Of a DNA stretch of 64,000 nt, positions 30,543 through 39,800 are shown piece by piece. How positions within the stretch are numbered: the first letter of the stretch is position 1; every line of letters starts with the position of its first letter. Made by a program: the position numbers and the translations under genes. Below the pieces are notes generated by a model. That model made no database searches, was not told the DNA's origin, and worked only from the letters and a program-made list of their open reading frames with translations. The stretch is from Patescibacteria group bacterium. GTDB taxonomy: Bacteria; Patescibacteriota; JACPGU01. The DNA is taken from the NCBI GenBank assembly GCA_041675145.1, contig JBAYUK010000001.1:11822-75821 (forward strand), read 5' to 3'.

Positions 30543-31574
30543 ATGTCAGAACAGAAAATACCCGCCCTTGTGACGGCTATGACCTTCGAACGAGTGATCG
30601 GCTATCAGGGTTGTATGCCTTGGGGTCGCAACTCTCAAGACTTAAAAGCGTTTAAAGCGCTGACCACTAGTGATCCTGTCGGCAACGTGGTGATCATGGG
30701 ACATACAACCTGGAATAGTTTGCCTGAAAAGGCACGGCCACTTCCCGATCGTTTTAATATCGTGATGAGTAACGACAAATCTCTCACGGTGTTGCCTGGC
30801 GCATTCGTGGCGCACAGTGTCGAGGAAGCGCTCGCCCTTGTGCCAGATAACTACGCAGTCTGGGTGATCGGAGGCATGTTCATCTACAACCTCTTCGAGC
30901 CCTATGCTGACAAGATCTACATCACCCTGATCAATGAAGAACACATCGGTGATGCGTTCTTTCCACTTACCGCTGGTGACGAGTGGCAGGAGAACTATGA
31001 AGCGTGCCTTGAACTTGGTGGTAACATCACCAGGAACGAATACCGGCGCATTCTGCCTTCTGCTCGGTTGCTTCGCGTGCAGCAGGCCGTTGCAAATGCT
31101 GAGCAAAACGTTTCAGACATAGAAGTGGTTAACACAGCCAACGCACAGTCGGCTGAATACCAAAAAGATTTGCAGCAAATTCAGAAAACAGGCATCTGTC
31201 CGTTTTGTCTCGGTGGTAAAACAGATCTGAGCAACCCACTGCTGATGGAAATAAATGATTGGCGACTGATGCCAAACATCTTCAGCTACAAGGAAGCCAA
31301 GCACGCCTTCTTGCTTATTCCTGTTCGCCACATGACGGATGTCTCTGAGATGACCGTGAGTGACTTTCTGGGAGTTCAGGCGCTGGTTGCGTGGGCTCGT
31401 AAGAACTACGGCATCCCAGGTGGCGCAATTGCCTTAAGCGCAGTTGCAATGCGTTTTGGTCCTACGCCTAGCACGGGGGCAACTGTCACCCACTTGCATG
31501 GGCATTTCATCACTCCCCACCTTAATGCGGAAGGAACAGCGGCTAGTCCGCATGTCAACTTCCCGATTGGGTAA
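30543..31574 (+). CDS. folA: Dihydrofolate reductase fused to a C-terminal HIT-like (histidine triad) domain
   Basis: N-terminal ~165 aa carry 'CMPWGRNSQDLKAFKALT', 'VIMGHTTWNSLP', 'RFNIVMS' and 'VWVIGGMFIYNLFEPYADKIYITLINEEHIGDAFFP', a canonical DHFR. The C-terminal ~175 aa carry 'CPFC' and the triad 'HLHGHFI'. Confidence 0.7.
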   Translation: MSEQKIPALVTAMTFERVIGYQGCMPWGRNSQDLKAFKALTTSDPVGNVVIMGHTTWNSLPEKARPLPDRFNIVMSNDKSLTVLPGAFVAHSVEEALALVPDNYAVWVIGGMFIYNLFEPYADKIYITLINEEHIGDAFFPLTAGDEWQENYEACLELGGNITRNEYRRILPSARLLRVQQAVANAEQNVSDIEVVNTANAQSAEYQKDLQQIQKTGICPFCLGGKTDLSNPLLMEINDWRLMPNIFSYKEAKHAFLLIPVRHMTDVSEMTVSDFLGVQALVAWARKNYGIPGGAIALSAVAMRFGPTPSTGATVTHLHGHFITPHLNAEGTAASPHVNFPIG

Positions 31575-31589
31575 GAAAACAATTAACAG

Positions 31590-31624
31590 AAGGGCTTCTC
31601 CGTATGGTGGAGCCCTCTTTTTTT
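31590..31624 (+). terminator. Rho-independent terminator
   Basis: agggcttctccgtatggtggagccct plus T8. Confidence 0.65.
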
Positions 31625-31726
31625 ACATAAATTTGCTAAATCTAGCCAAATATGGCATAATTTCCATAGACCCTAGACTAAGTCTTGGAAAAACGTCCAT
31701 TTACATATCATGGAAAGGATTGATGT

Positions 31727-32005
31727 ATGCACCCATTACTTCAGACGCTTATTAGCGCTCTACTTCTTGTGCTGATGTTTAGTGGAGGCTACTACGCCAG
31801 CGGGTATATTATCCGCTGGAATGAGAAGCATCTCACTGGCACCGACATAGATAAAAAAAGACTGTGGGCCGCAGTTGAAACCAATGCGGACTACCGGCTT
31901 CACTGGGGCAGGAATATTGCTCATCTAAGAATTGTGATGACTATTCTCTCCCCTATCACCATCGGCAAGGCGATCTTCCTACGCATTCGCGGAGGATCGC
32001 TATAA
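31727..32005 (+). CDS. Small membrane hypothetical protein
   Basis: 92 aa with N-terminal TM LISALLLVLMFSGGYY. Promoter TTGCTA-17-CATAAT lies upstream at about 31633-31661. Confidence 0.4.
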   Translation: MHPLLQTLISALLLVLMFSGGYYASGYIIRWNEKHLTGTDIDKKRLWAAVETNADYRLHWGRNIAHLRIVMTILSPITIGKAIFLRIRGGSL

Positions 32006-32032
32006 ACACAATCGTCACACCCAGAAAGGGGC

Positions 32033-32836
32033 ATGAAAATGAGCGAAGAAAATGCACTGGTTAAAGTTGATAAAAGTTCCAGGCGGGAAACGGCTATCGA
32101 GCAAGCAAAGAGAATGGTCGAAGCATGCTTCTTGAAGGAAAATCGAGAAGAAAGAGTGCAGGGCTATCACCTGAAACTCAAAGAGGCCGAAGAGGAGCTG
32201 AAGTCGCTCCTTCCTATAGAAGGACAAGTGGTAAAGGGCATACTAGAGAGAAAAATTAGGCGCCTCAAGTACAGGATTGCAGACCCCGAGTTTGAGGAGC
32301 GCTACCCTCTTCTAAGTATGGAGGTGTTAAAGATGAGGAATGCTGAAGGATTCCCAGTGTTTGCTCCATTCTTTTTGGATTGCCAGACATTCTCGCTTTA
32401 CTTCAGCGGTGGTCGTGCCTACAGAGACGAAAGGGGTGGTGAAGTTATGAGACTACCCTCTGATATGAGGGCGATGTACCAAGATATCTTTGCCAAATGG
32501 AAAAAGGAAGCTAATAGTGTGCATTACTTTAGCGCCAAGATCACAGCACAGTTCAGTGGCGTGATACCACAAGCTGTTCGTAAAAGGATTGAACAAGTTT
32601 TGCCGGATTTTCAGCCAGGAAAGAAAAAAGTGTCGTTCTGGAATCGATTCGCTGGCCCTCAATCCACTCTCAATATTTTCTTACTTGCAGAAGTAAGGCG
32701 TTGGGAGGTGGATAAGGTGGTTATCCAGAACCCTGATCCCTTGGTAGTTGGGTACAGATACGGAGAGCTGCGACTGATTGACCATTTCGACGAAACTCCG
32801 ATGGAAGAGTATATTCGGCGGGAATTTACTCTCTGA
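32033..32836 (+). CDS. Hypothetical protein (267 aa)
   Basis: Clean ORF ending at a terminator ccccctcactgaaaggtgaggg plus T7. Confidence 0.5.
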   Translation: MKMSEENALVKVDKSSRRETAIEQAKRMVEACFLKENREERVQGYHLKLKEAEEELKSLLPIEGQVVKGILERKIRRLKYRIADPEFEERYPLLSMEVLKMRNAEGFPVFAPFFLDCQTFSLYFSGGRAYRDERGGEVMRLPSDMRAMYQDIFAKWKKEANSVHYFSAKITAQFSGVIPQAVRKRIEQVLPDFQPGKKKVSFWNRFAGPQSTLNIFLLAEVRRWEVDKVVIQNPDPLVVGYRYGELRLIDHFDETPMEEYIRREFTL

Positions 32837-32957
32837 CCCATTTCTTTTCAACTTAGAAGTTTCCCCCTCACTGAAAGGTGAGGGTATTTTTTTATCCGAA
32901 ACAACAAAACGCCCTGGAAAACCAGGGCGTTGTTTGTTTCGCAAGTAGCACATGGCG

Positions 32958-33833
32958 CTACTCGATGTTAGATGGTTCAAGCTGCACATGGATGACTTCA
33001 ACGCCGAAAGCGTGGAAGACTTCCGGCACATCCAGCGAAGCATGACCTTCAAGGAAATACACTTTCTTGACGCCAGCGGCTGCGATAAGTTTTGCGCAGA
33101 CGGGGCATGGAAAGGTAGAGATGTAGAGCGAGGTTCCCTCAAGAGACATACCTATTCGGGCTGCCTTTGAGATGATGGCCTGCTCGCTGTGAATGGCTGA
33201 GCAGAGCTCGCCGTTTTTTCCAGGCTCACAAGCATCACGGGGGTCGCCGTTGTAATATGGCGCCCACTCATTGGGGAGGTGCTGGTTGTGGTCTGCGAGC
33301 AAAATAGATCCTTCCAGCACAATCACGCCACCAACTTGTCTCCACCAATCGGAGGCAAGGCTCGCTTCACTTAAAGCGATACCCATCATCTCCTGGCTGA
33401 ATGTATCAGTGCTCATGGAGATATTGGGACTGACTGGCTTTTGGGTGAAAACATTCTTGCGATCCCACTGAAGGAAGGATGGGTCAACATGAATGGTTGG
33501 ATGCCGATCTGCAAGGAAACTTGAGAGGTATTCCTCGGTGACACCAAGAGACACTTCATCGCTTCCACAGTAAACCTCTTCAAGGTCGCAGTGTTTGGTG
33601 ATGTCCGACACCGAGCCCACACTGGTGAAGACCATGCGTGGTTCAATGCCGTGCAAGATGGTGGCCGCAACATCGCTGGGAAGCGCACGGATGTCAGGGC
33701 ACCGCTGGTAACTGGAGGCAAGTTTCAGGCTTGGGATGAAAACCATCTCTACTTCCTGATCTGCCCACTTTTTAACCAGCGAAAGGTTACCGCTGTGAAC
33801 AACGGGGTAGTTTAAGATTCCGATACGATACAC
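32958..33833 (-). CDS. dCMP/cytidine deaminase-family protein with a ~150-aa N-terminal nucleotidyltransferase-like extension
   Basis: C-terminus 'CSAIHSEQAIISKAARIG...YISTFPCPVCAKLIAAAGVKKVYF' has the HxE...PCxxC zinc deaminase motifs of ComEB/dCMP deaminase. N-terminus 'RIGILNYPVVHSGNLSL' resembles a degenerate GxFxPxHxGH motif. GTG start with AAGGAAAC RBS. Confidence 0.65.
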   Translation of the reverse strand: MYRIGILNYPVVHSGNLSLVKKWADQEVEMVFIPSLKLASSYQRCPDIRALPSDVAATILHGIEPRMVFTSVGSVSDITKHCDLEEVYCGSDEVSLGVTEEYLSSFLADRHPTIHVDPSFLQWDRKNVFTQKPVSPNISMSTDTFSQEMMGIALSEASLASDWWRQVGGVIVLEGSILLADHNQHLPNEWAPYYNGDPRDACEPGKNGELCSAIHSEQAIISKAARIGMSLEGTSLYISTFPCPVCAKLIAAAGVKKVYFLEGHASLDVPEVFHAFGVEVIHVQLEPSNIE

Positions 33834-33865
33834 ATTGTTTCCTTTGTTGTTTATTCAAGCAAGAT

Positions 33866-34581
33866 CTATTGCTGAGATTCACCCTTTTCTTCCCGTATTC
33901 GGGTAATTTCCTTGGCGGCCTTGAGGATGTTTGCTGAGAACTTTGGATTCCCTGCTTCGATTTTTTTGACCAGATCGGGATAACCCAATATGGTGGTTGC
34001 GATCTCTTCACAGATGTCAGTTGTTGATCCCGGTGCTTGACGAGGGATGAGATTGATGCGTGTGCAATAGAACCCAATTTCCTTGAGTTGCCTTTTTGGG
34101 TAACTCTCTTTAATAGCGGTGAACACATCAGGGAGAATTTCTTTAATGAGTTTGTAAGCCCAGATGCCTTTTTCGTTCACATCGTCAACAAAAGTCACGA
34201 TATCGACCGCACTCGTATGGGCGCACATTTCCGCGCGTTCATACTGATTGGTGTATGGTCGACTGGCATGCTTGTAGCGCTTTACCGATTCGTCGGTGTC
34301 TATCCCTAGAATAAGGAGGTCACCTTCTCTTTTTGCTTTCGCCATGTAGCGCATGTGTCCAATATGGGTCATGTCCATAGTCCCCATAGTGCAAGCAATT
34401 CGTGCACCAAATTGCCTCTTTTCTCTGACGAAAGTTCCAAGGTCGTTGGAGTCAAGGATAATTTTCCTTTGAACTTCGACCGGCATTGCTTCGAATTTGG
34501 AAAAGTCCATTTTCCCAATCACCGGATCTTTCTTAATCCGATCAAGTTTTAATGGGTGTTGCAATATTTGCTCGAGATTCA
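33866..34581 (-). CDS. Cytidylyltransferase-family (HIGH-motif nucleotidyltransferase) protein
   Basis: 'ACTMGTMDMTHIGHMRYMAKAKREGDLLILGIDTDESVKRYK' matches the TagD/HldE-type GxFDxxHxGH...GDxLxVxxxxD motif. Start chosen at ATG 34581 (MNLEQ) with GGAGGC upstream. Confidence 0.6.
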
Positions 34582-34785
34582 TGGTTGCCTCCTTAAGGCG
34601 TAGTTTTTTACTCGGATTGTCAAGGTGCCACAGGCACATAGAGATGAGGGCGCTATGCCCTCATGGGTATGGTAGCATACAAAAAGAAGGGCGGGCAATC
34701 TTGCAAAGTTTGCCTATTTTATGTATAAAATTACCCGCCAGACTCATGTGAGTGTGGCGGGTTAGAAAGTGGCTTATTTGAGCTG

Positions 34786-36531
34786 TTATTGCATCTTGAT
34801 GAAAATGCTGGATGGTTGAGTTCCCTGGTTGGCTCGTTGCGGTTCCTCGATCTTACTGAGAAAGCACGTGTCCATTGTGCGCCCAAGGAGTGCACACTTC
34901 CAGGTAGCGTGGATACTGCAATTCTCCACATGATCATCCTGGTCAAAGACGAAGGACTCGGGGTCATCTGCACACTGGCCGAACAAGTCCCCTTCCTTCA
35001 TGGTGGATTTGTATGTGTACAGATACTTATGGTGTTCGACAAAGTCATGCTCGGTTAGTTCCCAGATGAACTTCTCGTGTGCTGCATCGATTGTTTTTTT
35101 AAGCCAGGCAGACCTATCTTCACTAGGAGACATACTTTCATCCGGAAAGAATATTGGTCCATGCGACGCCCTTGCATCAACTTGAGCATGTTTGTTAAAG
35201 AATGCAACACGAGGCCTAGTGCATAGCACTATTTTTCCACTCATGTTGCGTACTGTCCCGTCATCTATACAGAACACAATACGCTCCATTTTGTCTGTGA
35301 CGCCCTTAGGCTCAGTTTCCCAGGAAAACATTCCCTCCTTGCTTTTAACCCAGGTTATTGGGAGTGTGCGCGTGCTGTATAGCCGTTCTCCCTTTCGTGC
35401 CCAAAACGGACTCGTGATCATGAGTTGCGGGATCTCCGCAATGTAGCTCGTCTCCTTCCCTTCTTCGGATGGGTTGGGATCCTGTATAGTAAAGGCCATC
35501 TCAATGGTTGCGTTATTGACCTTTGTTTGTGTAGCTTGAGCTTTAGCTACTACCATGCCGTTTTTATACAGCTGGATCCAGATTTTGCCCAAGCGCTTAG
35601 TAAACTCACCCTTGGTTACTTCGACGGTGCCACTTAATGCAAAGGTGTTCTGTATGTTCTCAGTAGTGATGCTGGGCACACGGTTGAACTTCAAAATCTT
35701 TGTGTTGCGCAGTGCCACCGTCTTGCCTTCTTGCAGTGCCGAGTAAAGACTGGCCTGGGTAAGGTCGTTTGCAAAGATGGCGGTAGTGATCAGCCCCATA
35801 CCAGAAGCGCGCCATGATCCGTCTGAGTGGAAGTCTTGTCCTCCCACCACAAACTGGTGCCGGCCTTTTTTAACGCCAGCAAGCAACAGTGAGAGGTCGT
35901 GGGTGTAGTTGACTGTCCCGCCAGTTGCAAGCGCCTTGATGTCGAGCCCGACCGTGTTCATCATTTCAATGGCATCAAATTGGTCAGCGCTGTCCCACCA
36001 GTTTTTGCAGTCTTTCGGGTGGTTGTAGACACAGATACCTTTCTCGTAATGGATGATATCTATAACACGTGCTACATCCCCTTCGCCGTATGTGTCTTGG
36101 TAGGTGTAGGACTCGGTGGTGGTTACTGGTGAAAACGCATTCATATGGCAGTAGCTTTTGGCGGGATTCTTCGCAACAGTCACTTCGCGTCCTGGGTAGA
36201 TGACGAAAATGTGATCTTCGTTTAAGATGTTGACTTCCTCCAGGTAGTCAGAAAACGAGTTTACTCCTGAGTGTTGGTGGAAGTTGTAAAACAGCTTTCC
36301 TTCCCGGTGGTGTAGGCTTTGCGGGGTAAAGAAACAGTCCCCGTGTTCACTCATGAAGATGAACTGCAGACCGAGTTGCTTGGCGCGTGTTTTGATTTCA
36401 CTGATGCCAAATTCACCGTCGCTATATGCAGAGTGGACATGTTCCCAGCCGGTATACGGCGTGTAGTCTTGGGCATGTGCCCGGTGGATCATAAGGAATA
36501 ACCCTATGATAAGTAGTATGCGCATGCGCAT
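34786..36531 (-). CDS. Secreted PHP-domain metal-dependent phosphoesterase (581 aa)
   Basis: Signal peptide MRMRILLIIGLFLMIHRAHA. PHP motifs 'HVHSAYSDGEFG' and 'IFMSEHGD', with a large C-terminal beta-rich extension. Confidence 0.65.
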   Translation of the reverse strand: MRMRILLIIGLFLMIHRAHAQDYTPYTGWEHVHSAYSDGEFGISEIKTRAKQLGLQFIFMSEHGDCFFTPQSLHHREGKLFYNFHQHSGVNSFSDYLEEVNILNEDHIFVIYPGREVTVAKNPAKSYCHMNAFSPVTTTESYTYQDTYGEGDVARVIDIIHYEKGICVYNHPKDCKNWWDSADQFDAIEMMNTVGLDIKALATGGTVNYTHDLSLLLAGVKKGRHQFVVGGQDFHSDGSWRASGMGLITTAIFANDLTQASLYSALQEGKTVALRNTKILKFNRVPSITTENIQNTFALSGTVEVTKGEFTKRLGKIWIQLYKNGMVVAKAQATQTKVNNATIEMAFTIQDPNPSEEGKETSYIAEIPQLMITSPFWARKGERLYSTRTLPITWVKSKEGMFSWETEPKGVTDKMERIVFCIDDGTVRNMSGKIVLCTRPRVAFFNKHAQVDARASHGPIFFPDESMSPSEDRSAWLKKTIDAAHEKFIWELTEHDFVEHHKYLYTYKSTMKEGDLFGQCADDPESFVFDQDDHVENCSIHATWKCALLGRTMDTCFLSKIEEPQRANQGTQPSSIFIKMQ

Positions 36532-36599
36532 GAGTCTTCTCCTTTGTGTTGTGATGTCAAAGAGCGTGTCTGTAGTATACCAAAAATAGCCGGGTATGG

Positions 36600-37247
36600 C
36601 TATTTTTTACCGTTGCAGGTGGTAGGATCCCACAGTCCCCTGTTGTTGCTTTTAGCATCAGACTGGGCTTCTTTAAACTGAGCCTGATACTGGTACGGTG
36701 TCTGGTAGGTGTACTCATACGCATATCCTTCCTCTACCATGAGCTGGTTGAATAGCGTCCCGTCTGGCAGATACACATAGCGCAAAAGCCTCCCGTATTT
36801 GTCGCGACTATCCTGGGTCGGGTCGGGTTCAAGCGCTATCTGTGTACCGGTAAGAATTTCCTTAGCGTGTTTACTGGCCTCCTGGCCAAAACACTCCACT
36901 GGCTTTCGTGGGTCTACCGTCTCGGGTGTGTTAATGCCGATTAATCTAATCTTTTCGTCCTTCCCATTGATATGTGCTATGAGGGTATCGCCGTCCACTA
37001 CCAGCACTACCGGAACAAGGTCTGATGCCTGTGGGGTAGTTGGTGGTGGAGTAGTGGGGTGTGTAGCTACCTCTTTTTCTACTCCCCTCTCTTTTTGGGT
37101 TGAGTGGGTATTTTGCGTAGCTACTTCTTTTTTCTCTGCGGGTGGTAGTGTAGTCTCGGCATGCGCATACCAGGCAGAAATGAAGAGGAGGATACTAAAG
37201 GTAAGATATGATAGGAGTTTTTTGGTAGTCATAGAAATACTATACAC
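36600..37247 (-). CDS. Secreted thermonuclease (staphylococcal nuclease/SNase family)
   Basis: Signal/TM followed by a Pro/Thr linker. 'VVDGDTLIAHINGKDEKIRLIGINTPE' and 'YGRLLRYVY' are SNase catalytic motifs. Confidence 0.75.
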   Translation of the reverse strand: MYSISMTTKKLLSYLTFSILLFISAWYAHAETTLPPAEKKEVATQNTHSTQKERGVEKEVATHPTTPPPTTPQASDLVPVVLVVDGDTLIAHINGKDEKIRLIGINTPETVDPRKPVECFGQEASKHAKEILTGTQIALEPDPTQDSRDKYGRLLRYVYLPDGTLFNQLMVEEGYAYEYTYQTPYQYQAQFKEAQSDAKSNNRGLWDPTTCNGKK

Positions 37248-37275
37248 AAAAAAAGAGGCGTTGGCCTCTTTTTTC
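37248..37275. terminator. Bidirectional terminator hairpin
   Basis: A7-agaggcgttggcctct-T6. Confidence 0.55.
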
Positions 37276-37300
37276 TTTCACGGTTTTTGCAAGTCTGATA

Positions 37301-37996
37301 TTATCCAAGCTTGCTTGTTTCTACCTTAATTCCGGGTCCCATAGTTGACGAGATCGCAATTGACTTAATGAGTGGACCTTTCACTGAAGACGGCTTATTC
37401 GCTACGAGAGCAGTAACAAAAGTATCAAAGTTTTCTTTGAGCTGAGCGGTCGTAAATGATACCTTTCCAATACCGGCATGAATACCAGCCAGTGAGTCAG
37501 CACGAAACTCGATTTTTCCTTTTTTGAAGTCACGAATAGTGTCTGCAAAGTTCGGTGTAACGGTACCAACCTTTGGGTTTGGCATCATACCACGAGATCC
37601 AAGAATCTTAGCGACCTTAGCAATCTTTGGCATCATGTCAGGGGTTGCTACCGCGATATCGAATGCGAGCCAGCCCTTGGTAATCTTTTCAATAAGTTTT
37701 TCAGTACCCACTTCGTCTGCTCCAGCATCAGTTGCTGCCTTTTCGTCTTTTTCTGAGACAAAGGCAATAACGCGTACTTTTTTACCAGTACCGTTAGGGA
37801 GAGTGGTAGTAGAACGGATACCCTGGTCAGCCTTAGTAGGGTTGGTGGTAAGCTTCACGTGTACTTCAACCGTACCATCAAACTTTGCAGTGTTGGTTTT
37901 TTTCACTAACTCAAGTGCTTCCTCTGTTGAGTATTTCTTGAGTAGGTCGAGACCTTCCACTGCTTTCGTATATTTTTTTCCGTATAGTTTTGCCAT
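37301..37996 (-). CDS. rplA: 50S ribosomal protein L1
   Basis: 'MAKLYGKKYTKAVEGLD...' is a typical L1. Start set at the internal ATG (MAKLYG) of ORF 37301..38017. Confidence 0.9.
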   Translation of the reverse strand: MAKLYGKKYTKAVEGLDLLKKYSTEEALELVKKTNTAKFDGTVEVHVKLTTNPTKADQGIRSTTTLPNGTGKKVRVIAFVSEKDEKAATDAGADEVGTEKLIEKITKGWLAFDIAVATPDMMPKIAKVAKILGSRGMMPNPKVGTVTPNFADTIRDFKKGKIEFRADSLAGIHAGIGKVSFTTAQLKENFDTFVTALVANKPSSVKGPLIKSIAISSTMGPGIKVETSKLG

Positions 37997-38047
37997 ATAT
38001 CTCCTTCTGTGGTGCAAGCGACAGAGTCTCCCACAAATTAGGTAGTA

Positions 38048-38473
38048 TTATTTCTCTACTTCAACGCCCATTTGCATAGCAGAGCCTGCAATGATGCGCT
38101 TTGCCATTTCAAGGTCAGTAGTATTTAAGTCAGGCATCTTTGCCTTCGCGATGTCGCCAAGCTGAGCCTGGGTTAATTTTCCTACCTTCTTCTTGTTCGC
38201 AGTCGGTGATCCTGATTCAAGACCAAGTGCCTTTTTGATCAAGTTGGTTACCGGCGGCTGCTTAGTGATGAAACTAAATGAACGGTCGTCATAAACAGTA
38301 ATCACACATGGAACAATCACATCACCCATAGATGCAGTATGATCGTTAAATGCCTTACAGAACTCCATGATGTTCACGCCGTTTTGACCGAGCGTAGAAC
38401 CGACCGGAGGGGCTGGGTTTGCCTTTCCTGCTGGGATCTGGAGCTTAATGAGATTCTTAATTGCCTTTGCCAT
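38048..38473 (-). CDS. rplK: 50S ribosomal protein L11
   Basis: '[25 protein letters not shown]'. Confidence 0.95.
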   Translation of the reverse strand: MAKAIKNLIKLQIPAGKANPAPPVGSTLGQNGVNIMEFCKAFNDHTASMGDVIVPCVITVYDDRSFSFITKQPPVTNLIKKALGLESGSPTANKKKVGKLTQAQLGDIAKAKMPDLNTTDLEMAKRIIAGSAMQMGVEVEK

Positions 38474-38522
38474 AGTGGTAGTTTACTAGTAGTGCACAGA
38501 AGCGTGCGTAACAGTTGAATAA

Positions 38523-39263
38523 TTAGATTTTCTTAACCTGAAGGAAGTCGAGCTCCACGGGAGTTTCGCGACCGAAGATGTTAACCAGCGCCTTAACCTT
38601 ACCTTTTTCTTGATCCACTTCAGAGATGGTCGCTTCCATGTCTTTAAATGGTCCGTCGGTAATTTTAACATTCTCACCTGCTTCAAGGTCGATGCGGTAT
38701 TTCGGTTCGTCAGTACCCATGCGCTTCAAGATTAGTTCTACTTCTTCTTCAGAAATAGAAACAGGGTCAGCACCAGTTCCGATAAATCCTGTTACATTAG
38801 GAGTGTTGCGTACTACATACCATGAGTTCTTCGTCATGATCATGTTCACCAAGATATATCCTGGGAAGATTTTCTTTTCTACCTTCTTGCGCTTTCCGCC
38901 CTTGATCTCAATCTGCTTTTCTTTCGGTACGACAACATCAAAGATTTTATCTTTCATGTCGAGCGTATCAATACGGTGCTTGAGCGCATCAGCTACCTGA
39001 TCTTCGTATCCAGCGTAGGTATGGATAACATACCACTGACGGTGCGTATCTCGTTGCTTGTCTTCAGCGAGGATTTTACCACCGTATGCTTTACGGTCTT
39101 CGTCGTCTTCGTCTATCTCTCCTGCTTCGGTCTCAGTCTCGGTAACCTCGGCTGCAGTTTCTTCGATAGCTGCAAGATCTAGTTCTTGGTCATCTGAAGT
39201 AGCAGGAGTTGCCTCCTGTATAGCCTCAAACTCTTCTGGTTGTGTGTGTTGAGTGTCGTCCAT
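38523..39263 (-). CDS. nusG: Transcription termination/antitermination factor NusG with an acidic N-terminal extension
   Basis: NGN domain '[14 protein letters not shown]', KOW '[22 protein letters not shown]', and a ~75-aa Asp/Glu-rich N-terminus. Confidence 0.85.
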   Translation of the reverse strand: MDDTQHTQPEEFEAIQEATPATSDDQELDLAAIEETAAEVTETETEAGEIDEDDEDRKAYGGKILAEDKQRDTHRQWYVIHTYAGYEDQVADALKHRIDTLDMKDKIFDVVVPKEKQIEIKGGKRKKVEKKIFPGYILVNMIMTKNSWYVVRNTPNVTGFIGTGADPVSISEEEVELILKRMGTDEPKYRIDLEAGENVKITDGPFKDMEATISEVDQEKGKVKALVNIFGRETPVELDFLQVKKI

Positions 39264-39282
39264 GTGAAATGCTAGTTTCTTA

Positions 39283-39495
39283 TTACGATGTAAATGATAG
39301 CAGTGCTTTTACGCCTGCAGCCAAACCGTAGTCAAATAGTCCAATCAGTACGGCTCCAGCAACAATACAGCCAATAACAAGGAGTGTTTTGCGTAGTACT
39401 TCACTGCGAGTCGGCCATACCACACGAGTAAGTTCAGTGTAGGCTTCTTTTATAAAGCGAGTAAGAAAAAATGAGCGTGCCATAGTGCTTACCAA
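39283..39495 (-). CDS. secE: Preprotein translocase subunit SecE
   Basis: 70 aa with '[31 protein letters not shown]'. Confidence 0.85.
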   Translation of the reverse strand: MVSTMARSFFLTRFIKEAYTELTRVVWPTRSEVLRKTLLVIGCIVAGAVLIGLFDYGLAAGVKALLSFTS

Positions 39496-39800
39496 GTAAT
39501 GTTATCGATAGAAATTTCAGTTTTTTGCTGACGGTGTCCCTTCTTGCGACGGTACCCAGTCTTTGGCTTGAACTTGTTTACTTCAACCTTATCATCCTTG
39601 AACTGCTTGATAATAGTGGTAGTTACTGTAGCACCAGTAACAACTGGAGTACCCACTACTACATTATCTTTATCTGAAACGAGCAAAACATCAGTGAAAG
39701 AAAAGGTACTTCCTGCTTCACCAATAATCTTCTCGATTTCGAGCTTCATTCCTTCCGTTACAACATATTGTTTTCCGCCTGTTTTGATGACTGCAAACAT
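39489..39800 (-). CDS. rplU: 50S ribosomal protein L21
   Basis: 'MFAVIKTGGKQYVVTEGMKLEIEKI...'. Start at ATG 39800 with GGAG upstream. The 3' end overlaps the secE start by 7 nt. Confidence 0.8.
   Translation of the reverse strand: MFAVIKTGGKQYVVTEGMKLEIEKIIGEAGSTFSFTDVLLVSDKDNVVVGTPVVTGATVTTTIIKQFKDDKVEVNKFKPKTGYRRKKGHRQQKTEISIDNITW

Noticed and set aside
34789-36132. Several 60-90 aa + strand ORFs inside the PHP phosphoesterase gene
   Set aside because: All nested antisense to a 581-aa ORF with clear PHP motifs and a signal peptide.
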